This document shows, piece by piece, positions 13,954 through 30,699 of a stretch of 64,000 nt of DNA (within the stretch, counting starts at the first letter, position 1; the number at the start of each line of letters is the position of its first letter). A program made the position numbers and the translations under genes. A model generated the notes under the pieces. That model searched no databases, was not told the DNA's origin, and saw nothing but the letters and a program-made list of their open reading frames with translations. This DNA comes from Eledone cirrhosa (taxonomy: Eukaryota), in NCBI GenBank assembly GCA_964016885.1, contig OZ024742.1:205840001-205904000 (forward strand), read 5' to 3'.

Positions 13954-13994
13954 CATATTAAAGTTTATCGCTACTTTCACCCTTAACGGAGTCT

Positions 13995-14385
13995 TCTGAA
14001 ACAAAAAAAATCAATCTGTGAACGCAGAAGTAAATAGTTCGAAAAAAAGTTACACACTATATATATATATATATACACACACTATATATACATATACACA
14101 CACACAGATAGCGAAGTCAATGTTTTCATAATGTCGTAATGCAGACACCCAGACATACAGACAGATGTTATAAGGGCGCGACGTTATAGCTATGTATCTA
14201 TCTAAAAAGACAGACTAAGAAAGAGAGAGAGATCGCTAACTGACGCCTAATGCGGTCCCTAGGGCATTGAAAATTTGAAATATTTTTTGCCCAAAAAACA
14301 TTACATGTTTGAAAATAATCGGTTGGGTAGTTTTCGAGTTTTAGGGGGACAGACAGACAGCCATTCTCTGTTTTAGATATATAGA
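13995..14385 (-). mobile_element. 5' portion of the same Helitron-like family as 5251-5883, inverted
   Basis: Near reverse complement of 5251-5660, beginning TCTATATATCTAAAACAGAGAATG. Confidence 0.85.
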
Positions 14386-16903
14386 TAGTAAACCACCACC
14401 ACAACGACGACCACAATGACGTCACATTGTATATGAATGTGTATGTGTCTGTGAGTGTGTGTGTGTGTTTACGAGTTCATTAAATACGTTAAGTCTCAGA
14501 ATTAAACACACACATCAACACATACATATAGATAATTAAACACACACACATCTACACATACAGATACATATGTGATGACAGACAGGTGTGCGTGAATGTA
14601 TGTCTGTGTGTGTCTGTCTTAGTATGTGTATGTGAGAGTGTGTGTGTGAGTGTATGTGTGAATGTATGTGATAATTTTTATTTTCTTTTGGAATAAAATA
14701 ATAGAAAACAACACAACCACGTCACATTTTGTATATGAATATGTATGTGTGTGTGTGCGCGTTCATTAGGTACGTTATTAAATACACACACACATGTACA
14801 CATATGTAGCGACCGTAAAACAATGAGGTGAAAAGATATGCGTGTGTCTGCGTGAATGTATGTCTGTTTCAGTATATGCATGTGAGAGTGTATGTGTGTG
14901 AGCGTGTAGCAAAAATTTATTCATTTGGACACCAACAAAAAATGACACAATGAATATTGTTTACCCTAAGGTGCTTCTAAATTCTATTATTATTACAATT
15001 TTGATATTGAGTTCAAATCCCACCAAGGTTAACTTAGCCTTTCATCCTTACGGGGTCGATAAAATAAAGTATCAGTCAGGAACTGGGGTCGATTTAATCG
15101 GCTTTCCCCTCCCCTAGAATTGCTGGCCTTGTGCCTATATAAGAAACCATTATTACAATTTTGATATATTTTTATAAAATATAGATATTTTGAAATAATT
15201 ATGAGAAAAAACAAACATATCTTCATATTGTCTGAATAAGAACAGCTGTAATGCCGGCAACGCCGGGTAATTCAGCTAGTTCTTGATAAAACTAAAGATC
15301 CCTCTCTACCCAGTGCTGTCTCTATTTGTTTTCCAGCCTCTTTACAGCGTGTACTAGGTGTATTTTATCATGGCTGCAACACTAAACAGGTTGCCTTTCT
15401 CTCAGTATAGTTTAAGAGTCTTCTCAACACTATATCATCTCTATTCTTTTATGGCAAATGTACCTCAGGGAGTAATTTGAAGAGGAATAATAGTCAAAAG
15501 ATTAAATGAAGAGAGTATAAATATCAGATAATTATCAGTATAAATTGGAGAGGGTGAGAAACAGCAGTAGCTACATATTGGTTGTTGGTAGGGTGTTGAG
15601 CAATAAGGGTGTGTAATAGTAGAAGAGAGCTGGGGATGGATAGCAACAGAAAAGTGTGATGGTGTGAATGGTAGAGAGTTAAGAGTCTCATAGGGTAGAA
15701 AGTGTTGGAAGAAGGAGAGGCAGATATTGAATATGGATGAGAGTGATAGGTAAATGTCAACAAAGAGTCTCAATTGGAATAAAGAGAATGGTGGTTAGGG
15801 ATAGAAGATGATAGCACTGAATATAGAGAAGCTCAGCCCCCCCCCACTTCATTATACAGGCATAGTGATGGGAGTTAAATGAAGTGGTAGAGGTAGAGTG
15901 ATAATTATAAGAAATATGGTAAAAATAGTTGATGGTTGAGTACGGACAAAACCGAATATCCTCCCACTTAGTTGGCATGGTACAGTGAATAGGGTGAAAG
16001 GTGTTGGGTGGGAGGATAGGGACGAGGGCTGTAGATAGAGACTTAATAGAGGCGGTGAGATGATATATTATGTATCTCATCTTCCATCTCTACCACCATT
16101 ATTTTATCAACCATTTTAACATGTTTACACTGGTAGAAAGATCTTTTCTAATACAACCCTTTATGTGTCATCATAGCCTATTGCCATCTTTATTAGAGTC
16201 AGCTTCTTGAGATTAGTTTTCACCACTTCACCCCCTGTTTTCCTTGATCTCTCTTTTCCAGCAGCTTCAAGTACTTTGTATTTATGCAATCGCCATCTTC
16301 CAGTTGCATCATATGTCCATACCATTGCAGTCTTTTATCTTGCATACATCTGAGTCGCTTTATATCAAGCTTTTCTCATAGCTCATTTGTGCTTCATTAT
16401 TCTTGCAGGCTACCAGAGCATGCACACTTCATTTCTTTTCAGCCATTACAAATCCTCTGTCTACATGTGTAAATACGTCTGTATGCCTGCTTACATACAC
16501 ACACACATATTTCACTCAGGAAATGATAATTAGCATTAATGAGTGATCTCAACTGTATTGTTATTTTGATAGAAACTATAAAACTATGAAGTTATTTGTG
16601 AGACAGTTTTGTCTGTTTTATTCCCCGATTCCTATTTCTATTCTTTGATTCCACGAAATTTGATATTAAATCATGATTCCCAAGAAAAATGCTGCAATAT
16701 TTTCCAAAGAATGAAGGTAACATTGAGAAAATAGGTGTGTCTAGTGGGGAAAAGAAAGTTATTTTTCTATTCAAAATTACAGTTTAGGAAAAAGGTGATC
16801 ATTTTTTAACAGATATAACAGATATCATATTTTTATGGCTGTTTTTATATATACCATCATCATCGTCATCATCAGCATCATTTTATGGCTGTTCTATATA
16901 TAT

Positions 16904-17311
<408 letters not shown>

Positions 17312-17901
17312 GCATACTCCAGTCCTACAAACTGTAGAGTGCTTCTTATCCGATATCTGCATTGCTTTATTGTACTACAATAAAACTCACCTCCTACATT
17401 ATATATATATATATATGTATATATATTTAATACAATAACAGAGATAGCTTAACGCTAAACTCCGACTGGTAACCATCTCACTCAACAAACATTAGGTTAT
17501 ATGTTAGTATAACCCAATTTAAGTGTTTGGGGTGCTAACTATATGTATTTTGTGGAAAGCCAGTTGTATTATTTTATGAGATATAATTAAAGTTAAAATA
17601 TATCTCTCTTTCCAAACAATTGTTTCATTATAAGTTTTCTACAAATTGGGAGAATGTTTCCATTTTATGTAGAAGCCTAACATACATTCATGTAAGAATA
17701 TATTTAGGTGGGTACTTATAAATCTTCAGTGGAAGCCCATTAAACTTTGATATAAGAAAAAATTTCTTACCGCAGTTAAAAATCGTGTCTGCTAAGCTGC
17801 TCCCTCACGCATCGAATGACCGCCAAATTTGAAATTCCAGCAGTTTTTTGACTGAGGAAGTTTCATAGCGCCACGAAGCGGGAAGGGGAGACAATCACAA
17901 T

Positions 17902-17931
<30 letters not shown>

Positions 17932-17934
<3 letters not shown>

Positions 17935-18047
17935 GGAACCAGTAAGTCCCCGACAGCTGAGCTCAAGCCGTTTCGACGGCTAATTCAGTCCAGAATTAGC
18001 CGTCGAAACGGCTTGAGCTCAGCTGTCGGGGTCTTACTGGTTCCTAT
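17932..18047. repeat. 55-bp inverted repeat with 6-nt spacer between (TA)n tracts
   Basis: Arms 17932-17986 and 17993-18047 differ at one position. The repeat contains a hammerhead 3'-half-like GAAACGGCT...AGCTGTC. Confidence 0.9.
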
Positions 18048-18123
18048 TACCCACTCTACTACTTCAAGTATTGAGTACTTTGGTGCGTTATGGTCCACCT
18101 GGTTCCTTACCACATTTCCTTCG

Positions 18124-19638
<1,515 letters not shown>

Positions 19639-19829
19639 GCAAAGCAAAAGTTAGTAAAAGTTGTTAGAGGTGAAAGAACACAAATTAGATGGTTTCGTTT
19701 TGATACAAAATTCACTTCACTTCAGTTAATAAATGAACAAAGAATAAGTTACAAGTTATAATGGTTGACGATGTTTTTGCTGTTATGGTGAAATAGTCTG
19801 TGTCAAGAGAAGGTGAGAGCCTGTAAGAC

Positions 19830-19879
<50 letters not shown>

Positions 19880-20236
19880 AAGGACTGTAGAAGTCTTAGG
19901 ATATGTGTCAAGAACTGCTCTGAACTGCCTTTTGGCCTAGTCTAAGACAGGCTATTTATACCTGTCGCTTCCTCTGTCCCCTGCCTCGAGGGATCGCCCA
20001 CGCATAGGCTTGTTTACGCCAAAAAGGAGGTAACCTAGAATTTGACCGTTAAATGTCACCCAGAGGTCAAGGTGTGGACAGATTTTGCTACATTAGTTCC
20101 CCGCCTAGATCGATGCAGGAGCAGCGATCGATAATCGAAAAATTAGCGAAAGAGAAAGAGAAAAAGACCCCCCCCCCCGCAAAGACGAATAAATAATTAA
20201 ATGCAAATGAACAAATTATAGATGAGATGAGGAATG

Positions 20237-23150
20237 TTACTTGACATATTGAGCATAGCGAGATGGCCTGTACACACGTCGACCGGATCTAGTGCTTGTT
20301 GTTGGTATAGAGTTCGGATTGCTGGTGGATGAGAGCACTGGTGTTGTGTTATCTTGGTTTGATGATGAGGGTTCATCCAAATCCACATGAGCTTTTTTTG
20401 ACCGGTTGACACTGACAACATCCCTCTTTCCATTAATGTCCAAGATGAAATGCTTGGGTGTCTTTTTGAGTACTTGGTAGGGACCCGTGTATGGTGGTTG
20501 CAAATGAGCCCTGATAGTGTCCCTTCTGTCAAAAACTTGTGTCCATTGCTGTAGGTCAGATGGAACTGGTGCAGTGTTGCTTTGAGGGGGCGAGGAAACG
20601 TATGGCAGGTTTACCATGTAGGTCCGCAGGCGATAGATATAGTTCATTGGATCTGCGGGATATTTAGATTCAGGGACAATCATTTTCCCGGGTAATACCA
20701 ATGTCGTGTCATAAACCAACTCAGCCGGCGTAAAACCGAGTCCTTTAGCTGCAGGGTGATAGGCTGTTGTACGTATTCAACTACAACCGAGGAGGCGTGT
20801 CACTTCTTGAAAAATGTTTGATTCGAACTGGTCGCCTCTGTCCGTTATGATGGTAGAAGGTGTGCCATAACGCGAAATCCAATGCCTTGGCAATAGATTC
20901 GGTTGTTGTGTCGGAAAGAGGAATGGCCTCAGGCCACCGGGAGAATCTGTCCACACGGGTCAAAAGGTGAGTGCAACCCCGAGAAGGAGGCAGTGGTCCA
21001 ACGACGTCGATGTGTACGTGTTGGAAACGTGCATCCGGTGCTGCGAAGGTTCCCAGAGAAGTTCTGACATGATGGTGATTTGCGCCTTCTGACACTGGAC
21101 GCAATGTCTGGCCCATTCCCTGACATCCTTGTTCACACCAACCTAGACAAACCGGGCTGTTATTAACTTCAGGGTAGAGTTGGCATCAGGAACGAGAGGT
21201 TGTGCAGCGCAGAAAAAACCGAACGTCGATGCTGTAGAGGTACATAACGGTGCGCGTGACCCGTAGACACATCACACCAGATACCACCAGAAGAAAAGGG
21301 TAGAGGGAAGAGTTTGAAAGACAAAGAAGAAGAAGATGGAGAATTTCGGAGCTTGAGGAGCTCCCCATCCGTCTGTTGCGCCGCGGCAATGTCTCGGAGG
21401 CTGATGGAAAAAGAGGTGTGCAGTACACCCAAGTGTGCGCGAAAAAGGGCATCGGCTGCAGAGTTGTCTGAACCTTTAGTGTGGCGAATATACGTAGTAT
21501 ACTGGGATATAAAATCCAGATGGCGCACTTCTCTAGGTGAGTAGCGGTCAGGCTTGGAATACAGAGCGTACGTGAGAGGTTTATGGTCCGTGTAAGTAGA
21601 AAACACCGAACCTTCTAACATGTGCCGGAAATGTCTCACACGCTGCCAAAAGCTCCCGAACGAATGTGCTGTACTTTGTTTCGGCCGGTTTGAGTCGCCT
21701 AGAGAAGAAAGAAATTGGCTGCCACGCATCGTCTACATATTGTTGGAGGACGCCACCGATGCATCGACGAATAGACCAAGTGGTGCGTCAGGGTTGGGAC
21801 GAACCAACATTGTGGCCTCTGCTAAGGCCTGCTTGACTCTCAGAAAAGCAGCCGCTTGTGCGTCATCGAAAGTGATAAGCTGGTTCTCCCGTTTGCACTG
21901 CCGTAGGATGTCTGTTAGCGGCTGGAGAGACCCTGCACAGCGAGGAATGAACCGGCGGTAATAATTTATGAGGCCGAGGAACTCACATACTTTCCTCAGT
22001 AACGTAGGAGTCGGAAACTAAAAAATAGACTTAACTTTATCGTGGAGGGGACGGATTCCTCGTCCGTCGATATGGTGTCCCAGAAAATCAAGGGAAGAAA
22101 CACTGAAAAAGCATTTGCTGAGGTTGATGATGACACCAAACTGAGAAAAACGCTCGAAGAACAGTTGTAGGTTCCTTTCGTGTTCCTCATGGGATGTGCT
22201 GGCTACCAGCATATTATCAATATACGCGTAGACACATGGTAAACCACGTACTACTGTGTCGATGAAACGCTGGAAGGTCGATGAAACGCTGGAAGGTCGA
22301 TGCCGCATTGCTTAAACTAAATGGCATTCTAAGAAACTCGAAGAGGCCAAAAGGAGTTGTAATGGCCGTTTTCGGAATGTCATCCGGTTCAATAAGAATC
22401 TGGTTGTACGCTTTTCGAAAAGACCCATGTAGGGTAGCAGAGAAATCTTTTATGTGAGTCAACGGATACTTATCGGGTTTCGTGCGTGTGTTAAGAAACC
22501 GACAGTCCCCATACGGTCGCCAGTCACCCACAGATTTCTTGGGAACCATGTGAAGGGGGAAAACCAACTGCTACTGGACGGACGAACAATACCCAGTTCC
22601 AGCATATGATCGAAATCTGCTTTAGCGATCTTAGCGCGGTCAGGAGCGAGTCGCCGTGGTTTAGAAGAAACCGGAGTGTTCTCAGTCACGATATGATGCT
22701 TAACACTGTGGGTCACCGGCCGACTGTTAAAAATCGGGCGCGAGATGTTAGGGTGCCTGCGCAGGATAGCATTGTATCTGCCGGACTGCACTGGGTTAAA
22801 AAAATGAGCTGAGGCAGAGTGCTTTAGTGCTGATACCGCGAACATTGAAACCCGTGGTGGAATCAATCAGTCTGCTGTGTTTAACGTCCACCAGGAGACC
22901 GAAATGGTGTAAGAAATCCGCTCCTAAGATCGGAGTCGGCAACTTGGTGATGGCAAAAACCCACAGGAAAACTCGGTGGAGCCCAAGATCAAGGGTTAAG
23001 GACTTTTCTACACATGTGGGTATAGCAGAATGGTTCACCACATTGAGAAGAACTGTTGTGGGTTTCCTACTGCCTGGCACCAGAGATGATGGTATAACGC
23101 TAACCTCAGCTCCGGTGTCCACCAGAAACGAACACCGGTTGATCGGTCGC
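20237..23150 (-). pseudogene. Gypsy pol (protease, RT, RNase H, integrase), frameshifted
   Basis: [41 protein letters not shown] (from YIDD), [25 protein letters not shown] and PYTGPY. Confidence 0.92.
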
Positions 23151-23169
23151 TAATGTGGAACAAGCGGCT

Positions 23170-24106
23170 AGGTTTGGAAGAGCCAGGTGTAGTTGCCGCC
23201 GTTACTGCCTGGCCACGATGTTTCCCGGAACGTAACGGGAGTCCCTCCTAAAGAAACAGGGCAATAAGCATTTACGGGCTCTTTCGCCGAATTTACGGTG
23301 GTAATAGCAAATGGGATCGGTCGCCCGGGTACGACATGGGTCTCTGACACGAGTGCTGATGGAAAACGCGTCGAAATGAGCTGGCGTTGTTGCGTAGTTG
23401 TAGCTGCAGTTTAGCCGTAAGAGCGTTCAGTTGCTCATCCTGTTTTTCCACCCGAGCCTCGAGCGCCGCCACCTCTGAGACAGAAGACGAGGAAGGAGAA
23501 GAATGAGAAAATGAGGAAGAAAAAGAGCTTACTAGAGGATGCGTGTGTCTCCTGGTACTGCTACCTCCATGAACCTATTGGCTGAATCTCCTGGTACTGC
23601 TACCTCCATGAACCTATTGGCTGAATCCGCCAGCTCCTCGATTGGGGAGGATACTACACTGGCCACCAAAATATTGCGAGTGGCTGGTAGCAGCATTTGC
23701 AAGAAAAGTTGTTTCAGGGTGCCGGCTCCATAGTGTTTTCTCCCAACAGTTACTTTAAGCGTCTTAGGAACTGTGACGGTTTCCTATCGCCTAACTCCTC
23801 TGAATAAAGCAGCTGATTAATCCGTTGCCGCTGCGAGACGGATGTCCGCTTTACAAGCTCGGACCTAAATGTGGCATAAAAATATGTGCCTGGTTGTGCT
23901 GTAAGCAAATCCCGGATCTGTTGCAGACTCTCAGGAGGAAGCGCCCCGACAACATGGGAAATTTTAGTCCTGTCTGCCGAAATATGGTGTGTTTCAAATT
24001 GGGCCTCGATGTATCTGAACCAAATGGTAGGATCATGAAGCCTGAATGTCGGTATCCGCAGGCATATTGCTGCTTGTAAGGACGATGATGCTGGTGATTG
24101 TTTCAT
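23170..24106 (-). pseudogene. Gypsy gag, disrupted
   Basis: RIPTFRLHDPTIWFRYIEAQF...ELGDRKPSQFLRRL, then a C-terminal Cys/His knuckle region before the protease. A 39-bp tandem duplication sits at about 23548-23626. Confidence 0.85.
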
Positions 24107-24561
24107 ATTGCAATGAAGCTGGGTGATTATCGATTAATCAGAAAGATGCGTGTTCGAATCACGTCGGGATGTCACCAATTGAAGCGAAGCAAAAGTTAGT
24201 AAATGTTATTAGAGGTGAAATAACACAAAATAGATGGTTTCGTTTTGATACAAAATTTACTTCACTTCAGTTAATAAATGAACACAGAATAAGTTACTAC
24301 AAGTAATAAAGGTTGACGATGTTTTTGCTGTTATGGTGAAATAATCTGTGGCCAGAGAAGGTGAACATTTTTATTTTATTTGAATGTGGCAAAGCCGGCC
24401 ATTTATCGCTCGTATACAGGAAACTGACTGGCCAGTCTGCTGATACGCAAATCTGACTGATCAGCTAGTCAGCTAATATGCAAATCAGGCCGATCAATCA
24501 CTGTATATTTTAGAAAATAGCATATATTTTCACTAGCTCTGACAGTTGGCAGGTGAACAGT

Positions 24562-24611
24562 GAGCTGTACTGATGAAGAGTGATGCCCTCAAAAAATTGT
24601 GTCTGCAGTTC
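24562..24611 (+). ncRNA. Degenerate minimal hammerhead motif (GAAA appears as AAAA)
   Basis: GAGCTGTA-CTGATGA-AGAGTGATGCCCTC-AAAA-AATTGTG-TC-TGCAGTTC, with stem I GAGCTGTA/TGCAGTTC. Confidence 0.45.
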
Positions 24612-24780
24612 TGTTTACATGCCAACATAAGAGCAAGAATAAAGAGTTCATTCTACTGACATAGCTTTAAAAATGAGGTTTGTTTGCATAATTACAAACG
24701 AATCGTATGTTATTATTAATATTCGAAAAACTCAGATTACATTTATTGTATTCAGCCATGTAGAGCGAAAATTTTTATTT

Positions 24781-25312
<532 letters not shown>

Positions 25313-25367
25313 CCTACACCTATATACAGGCATTCCGAGCCATTAATCGTATACTAATCTGTGTGGA

Positions 25368-25486
<119 letters not shown>

Positions 25487-26757
25487 CTTGCGTGTTTGTG
25501 TTCACACATGTACATACATACATATATATATTTTTCCCTCTCATATATAGGTACATTCATACGCAGACATACGCCCACACGTACACACATGAGAGTCACG
25601 TATATACATATATCTATTCATACACAGTCTCACACACACGCACATATATAATTTTACACACATGTACATACATACACATATATGCTCACCCATACATACA
25701 GACACGCGCTTACATATGCATTCAGTCAAGCCTACTCTTACACACACACACACACATTCACACATACATACATATACATATATATATGTATATATACGTA
25801 TATATACATATATATACATATATATATATGTATATATACATATATATATATGTGTGTACATGCACACGCACACACACTCACATATACGTGTGTTTACTTA
25901 TACATACACACATACACATACACATATGCATACACACACCCACACACCCACTTACGCACTCACACACAGACAGGCACACGTACGCACATATATGAAAATA
26001 AACTGTACAAAAATATTAAGAAAGTGCATATAAGCATGCACATGATGCTGTTCATCATTTAGTGCACAACGAAATATTACGTGAGGAAATACGTGAAAAA
26101 TACAAAAAAAGTACATATGGGGATACGTCGACGAATGCATGCAACACCTCACATAACGGTATATACGTATATGCAGACACACTTTGATGCACATGTTGAC
26201 TGAGATGGCATTATGGTGCTAACGTGAACTAATCCACATACAGAAATCTTATAAGCAAAATTATATATAGGAAGCTCATAGGAATAATGTAAAGCGTATA
26301 CTCAAAACATATATAAAAATATATAAAGAATATATAAAAAATGTATTAAAAAATATATTAAAAATATATTAAAAATATATAAAAAAAAAACACATGGGGT
26401 TGTACATGAAAAAATATATAAAGTGTTACATAATGGAATACGTAGAAAAAATACACACGCTACATAAAAAATACATATGTAGGGAGTGCGGAAGAACAGC
26501 TTATAATGGAGTATGTTACTGTGGCTGAAATAGAGTGCCTTAGTGATGTGTGATATGGGATTGATTATACCCATGGGAATTGAACCGCCGTATCCTGGCT
26601 ACTGCGACGGCGGTGTTTAAGATGAGGTGCAGAGTCAAATGTGCAGCATTGGGTGTGTCGACCTACTCCACAGGGCATACATAGTCATCAAGGTATGGTG
26701 TCGGATCCCATGCACCCGCTCCGCCACCCCGACTGACGTCCGCTTCCTCGTATGGCT

Positions 26758-27661
26758 TTAGTTGGGGCCATCCGGAGGTACCCATGCGGAGAGTGTGCAC
26801 CTTAGCTGGTGTCTACATGTCATGATGATCTCCGATTTCAGGTTGACTGCCTCATCCTTTAATCTCACTATCTCCATGGCCTCGGACAGGCATAGCGTGC
26901 ACTTCCTCTTACCGGCCGAATGTGCACTGGCACGTTGAACGATACTCCAGTTGAGATCATACGGGGTGCCGGTCTCCTTCAAGTCCCATATTAGGTCCGT
27001 CAGCCTAGTGGAGTGTCTCTTGCTCCGGTCCTTGAAAGAGTTCGTGTGATTGTACATCCTCGATTTAAAGGTCGTGGATGCTGCGCCGATGTAGGTGCGC
27101 TTGGTGTTGTGCGTGTTAACCACACATTTATGGACGACGCCCTTCGTTAGGCATCTTCCCTACTCGGCAGTTGCAGGTTCGATCTGTATGTTGCTCATTC
27201 CTTACGCTGGGTCCTGGCCTTATTACGACGTTCTCTCGATTCTCTGGGTGTTGTTCTGCCGATGCGGTGGGCTCCTTTCTGTCTTTCAGTGCCACCTGGT
27301 AGTCGAGTACTGCGTCTTCCGCGGGTATGTCGGCTACTGTGAGGACCGGGCTATAGTTGGTAACCCTGCCTCCATGTGGTCCTCTCGGACCCCAGGATCG
27401 TCGGCCGGCTGCCGTAGTTGGCGGTCGAGTTTCTCCAACTTCAACGCATTGGTTTTGGCCATATAGTCTGCCATGTTAGGTGCGACGGAAAAGGAGAATT
27501 CACTGTGTGGTGGTTGAATATCCCGTGGTTCCTGTTCGACGGCGGGAAGCACTCGTCCAACGCCCTGAATAAGAGGCGTAGTACATTGTTGCATACATGC
27601 TTCGAATACGGCGCGTTAAACCACGTAATAGTCTTATTCCGTCGTCTGTGTGTATAAGTGC

Positions 27662-27720
<59 letters not shown>

Positions 27721-27794
27721 ATGTGTGTTGGGTCAGGTGTCCCTCCCGGGTTGTGCCTATCCGTTAGTTCATCCCCTCTGTTATCGCTATTCAT
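26758..27794 (-). pseudogene. Naiad-type Penelope linker plus GIY-YIG endonuclease with no adjacent RT
   Basis: ITWFNAPYS...FPP...IFN..TV, SFSVAPNM, CNC, GVVHKC...TYIG...FKSRMYNH, IWDLK...WSIV, CTLCLSE and SEI..CRH, split by frameshifts. Poly-Thr comes from an (ACT)n tract. Confidence 0.8.
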
Positions 27795-28005
27795 ATATCT
27801 ACCATGTGCGCCCGGATTACACCGTTCGCTTACTAAATATTCTGTTCTATAGTGTCGGCCCTACTGGTAATCCCATTATTACTATCTGGTGCTACTATTG
27901 GGGCTACGCCTATGCTATTGATCCGGGTATTCTCTCTATCTGGTTCCACGTCCACCGGTGTATATGTATGGGGAGGCAGGCAAGCAAGGGAAGGGCATGA
28001 GAATT

Positions 28006-28558
<553 letters not shown>

Positions 28559-29416
28559 GTATGCATATATACATACATATACATACACAAATACAAATCC
28601 GCATACGCATACATACATATACCCATGTACATACAAACATAAACTGGCATATGCGGAAAAGCATATGCACGTGGACGTACACATGCATACATCAGTAGGC
28701 ATACATGTACATATGTATACACGTCCACCTACGTGAATGCGTAAATATAGACGTACACACACCTATAAATATATATGCACGCACGAAACTGCACACACAT
28801 ACAATACATACATACACACATATACACGCATATATATATATACATACACGTACTGAGGAGATCAATATATATACAAGGAAGTTATGAATAATCACGTAAT
28901 AATAAAGTACAAGTGTATAAATATATAGTTCAAGCATAGAAGGAAATATATTCGTATATATCTAGGAATATATTATATAAAGTGTGGTTCCCATTATTAC
29001 AGTAAAGAATTGGTAGGGTGTATGTAGAAAGGGCATAACTGTCAGGTAGAAAGAAAAAGCTTTTAAAGACTTTGATTGAGTATTAGAGGTGGGTGGAATG
29101 AGGGTAGTCAGTGTGTGTGCGTGTATTAAGGGTATGACAAAAGATATGTGATTATAGTGAATATGTTACTGTTTTTTGAGGTTGTAGATAAAAGTATGGT
29201 AAAAGAAAGAAAGGGTGTTCAAAGCCTCTAATGGGGTATGAAGGGTGGAAAGAATCAGAGTAGTCGATGTGTGTGTGTGTTAAAGGTATGACAAAGAGGA
29301 TGTAATTATAATAAATAAGTGGGTGTTTATTGTGTGTATTGGTTGTAGTAAAATGCATGTGTTCATAAAGAGTTCATGGTAGTGTGTCGAAGAGCTAGTT
29401 CGTAATCGGAGGAAGT

Positions 29417-30600
29417 TCAGGGTGGTTGAGTATCCCAAGGTATATTATTCCAGCTGGAAAGAAGATGTGATTTCATGTGTGGACAACTTCTGAAGATTTC
29501 AGTTTTAGAATTGAAGCAAGTATTAGTAGATTTCAGGTTTTACAGGATACTATATTTTTCGGTTATGCACAAAGAACATTTTTTTAGTGCCTTTCTGATA
29601 TTCTTTTGACTAGTCTAAAACAGACCAATCAATTAAATATGGAATCTTATGTTCTCTCAACTCCCACACTTTATTTGCCAGTGCCGTAGTTTTCTTTTTA
29701 TCTGGATGTCTTAAGGAAGCGACATGTGCGTAGTATCTGAGTTTGAATCTGTTTTGAGTCAGACCCACATATTGCTCACTTATTGCTGGTTGGTTATTAA
29801 CAGATGTTATTTTAGCCTCGTATATGATAGATTTAGTGTTACATTTGCCCTGTAACGCGCATTCTTCAGCGTTTCTGCAAGAACATTCTGGATTTCCTTT
29901 ATGGATATTCGTGTTGGTGATCTTAGATTTCATGGATGGGCATCAAGGGTAGCTAATTTTAACTAAGTTTCTATTAATTATCTTATTATATCTATGTTGT
30001 TGGGGGAAATGTTTGTCTAAAAGTTCAATGAATTTTCTGCCTACATTAGTTTTAACTGTTAAAGAAAAAGGTGGAGTAAACCATCTTATTTTTCTTCTTC
30101 TGTTATTATGTTTAGTAGTAGTAGAAGGGGTAGGTATATATTCGATTTGTTCGTTGAAACCGCTATTTTTAAGGGCCTTATTATAATAAGGGGCTGCTTT
30201 ATTAAACATTTCTACAAAAGAATATAGGGTTGATATCCTACGACTAATATTAGGAATAAGGTTTTTAAATACTATAGGAGGAAGCCAAGACTCTTTGTGT
30301 ATATATTTTAAGTTTTCGTTGGGTTTATGGTAGAGTTTGAAAGAAACAGTAAGTACGTCAAGATTGATATCGAGGAAGTTAGTATTAGTTAGGTTAGTAT
30401 CTATAGTAATTTTAAGGTTTAGGTTAGAAAAGGTTTTAATTAAATCATTACGAAATTTGTCAAGATTATGGACATTGGTGGTATGAGAGACAGCAAAACC
30501 ATCGTATCAGTACAAACCGATAGTATGGTTGGGAAATTTCTCTTTAAGAGTGTGGAGGAGGAATAATCCAACTAAATCGCACATGTTGGCACTATCAAAG
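29417..30600 (-). pseudogene. 5'-truncated Naiad-type Penelope-like element: RT C-half, thumb, linker and GIY-YIG
   Basis: One frame reads FDSANMCDLVGL, GLY*YDG (from GLYRDDG), NFLDINLD, KPNE, WFTPPFS..VKTNVG, CSC..ECALQGKC, IIY...YVGLT..RFKLRYYAH, CSLC and CPH, with four in-frame stops. Confidence 0.9.
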
Positions 30601-30601
30601 C

Positions 30602-30697
30602 GTGTCCCCCAAAATTGTCTACACACTTCAACAGCATTCTAATAAATATTGCCTGTACAGGTAATCAAAGTGTGCATACATTTTTGGAGACACCCTG
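30602..30697. mobile_element. Small Tc1/mariner-type MITE remnant
   Basis: GTGTCCCCCAAAATTGT..ACACACTT and AAGTGTG..TACATTTTTGGAGACACCCTG|TA form imperfect TIRs. Confidence 0.5.
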
Positions 30698-30699
30698 TA

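Noticed and set aside
30506-30512. TGA in the RT catalytic motif as a second selenocysteine
   Set aside because: It sits at the Arg of YRDD (CGA>TGA, a CpG transition) next to a D>Y change, so it is ordinary decay.
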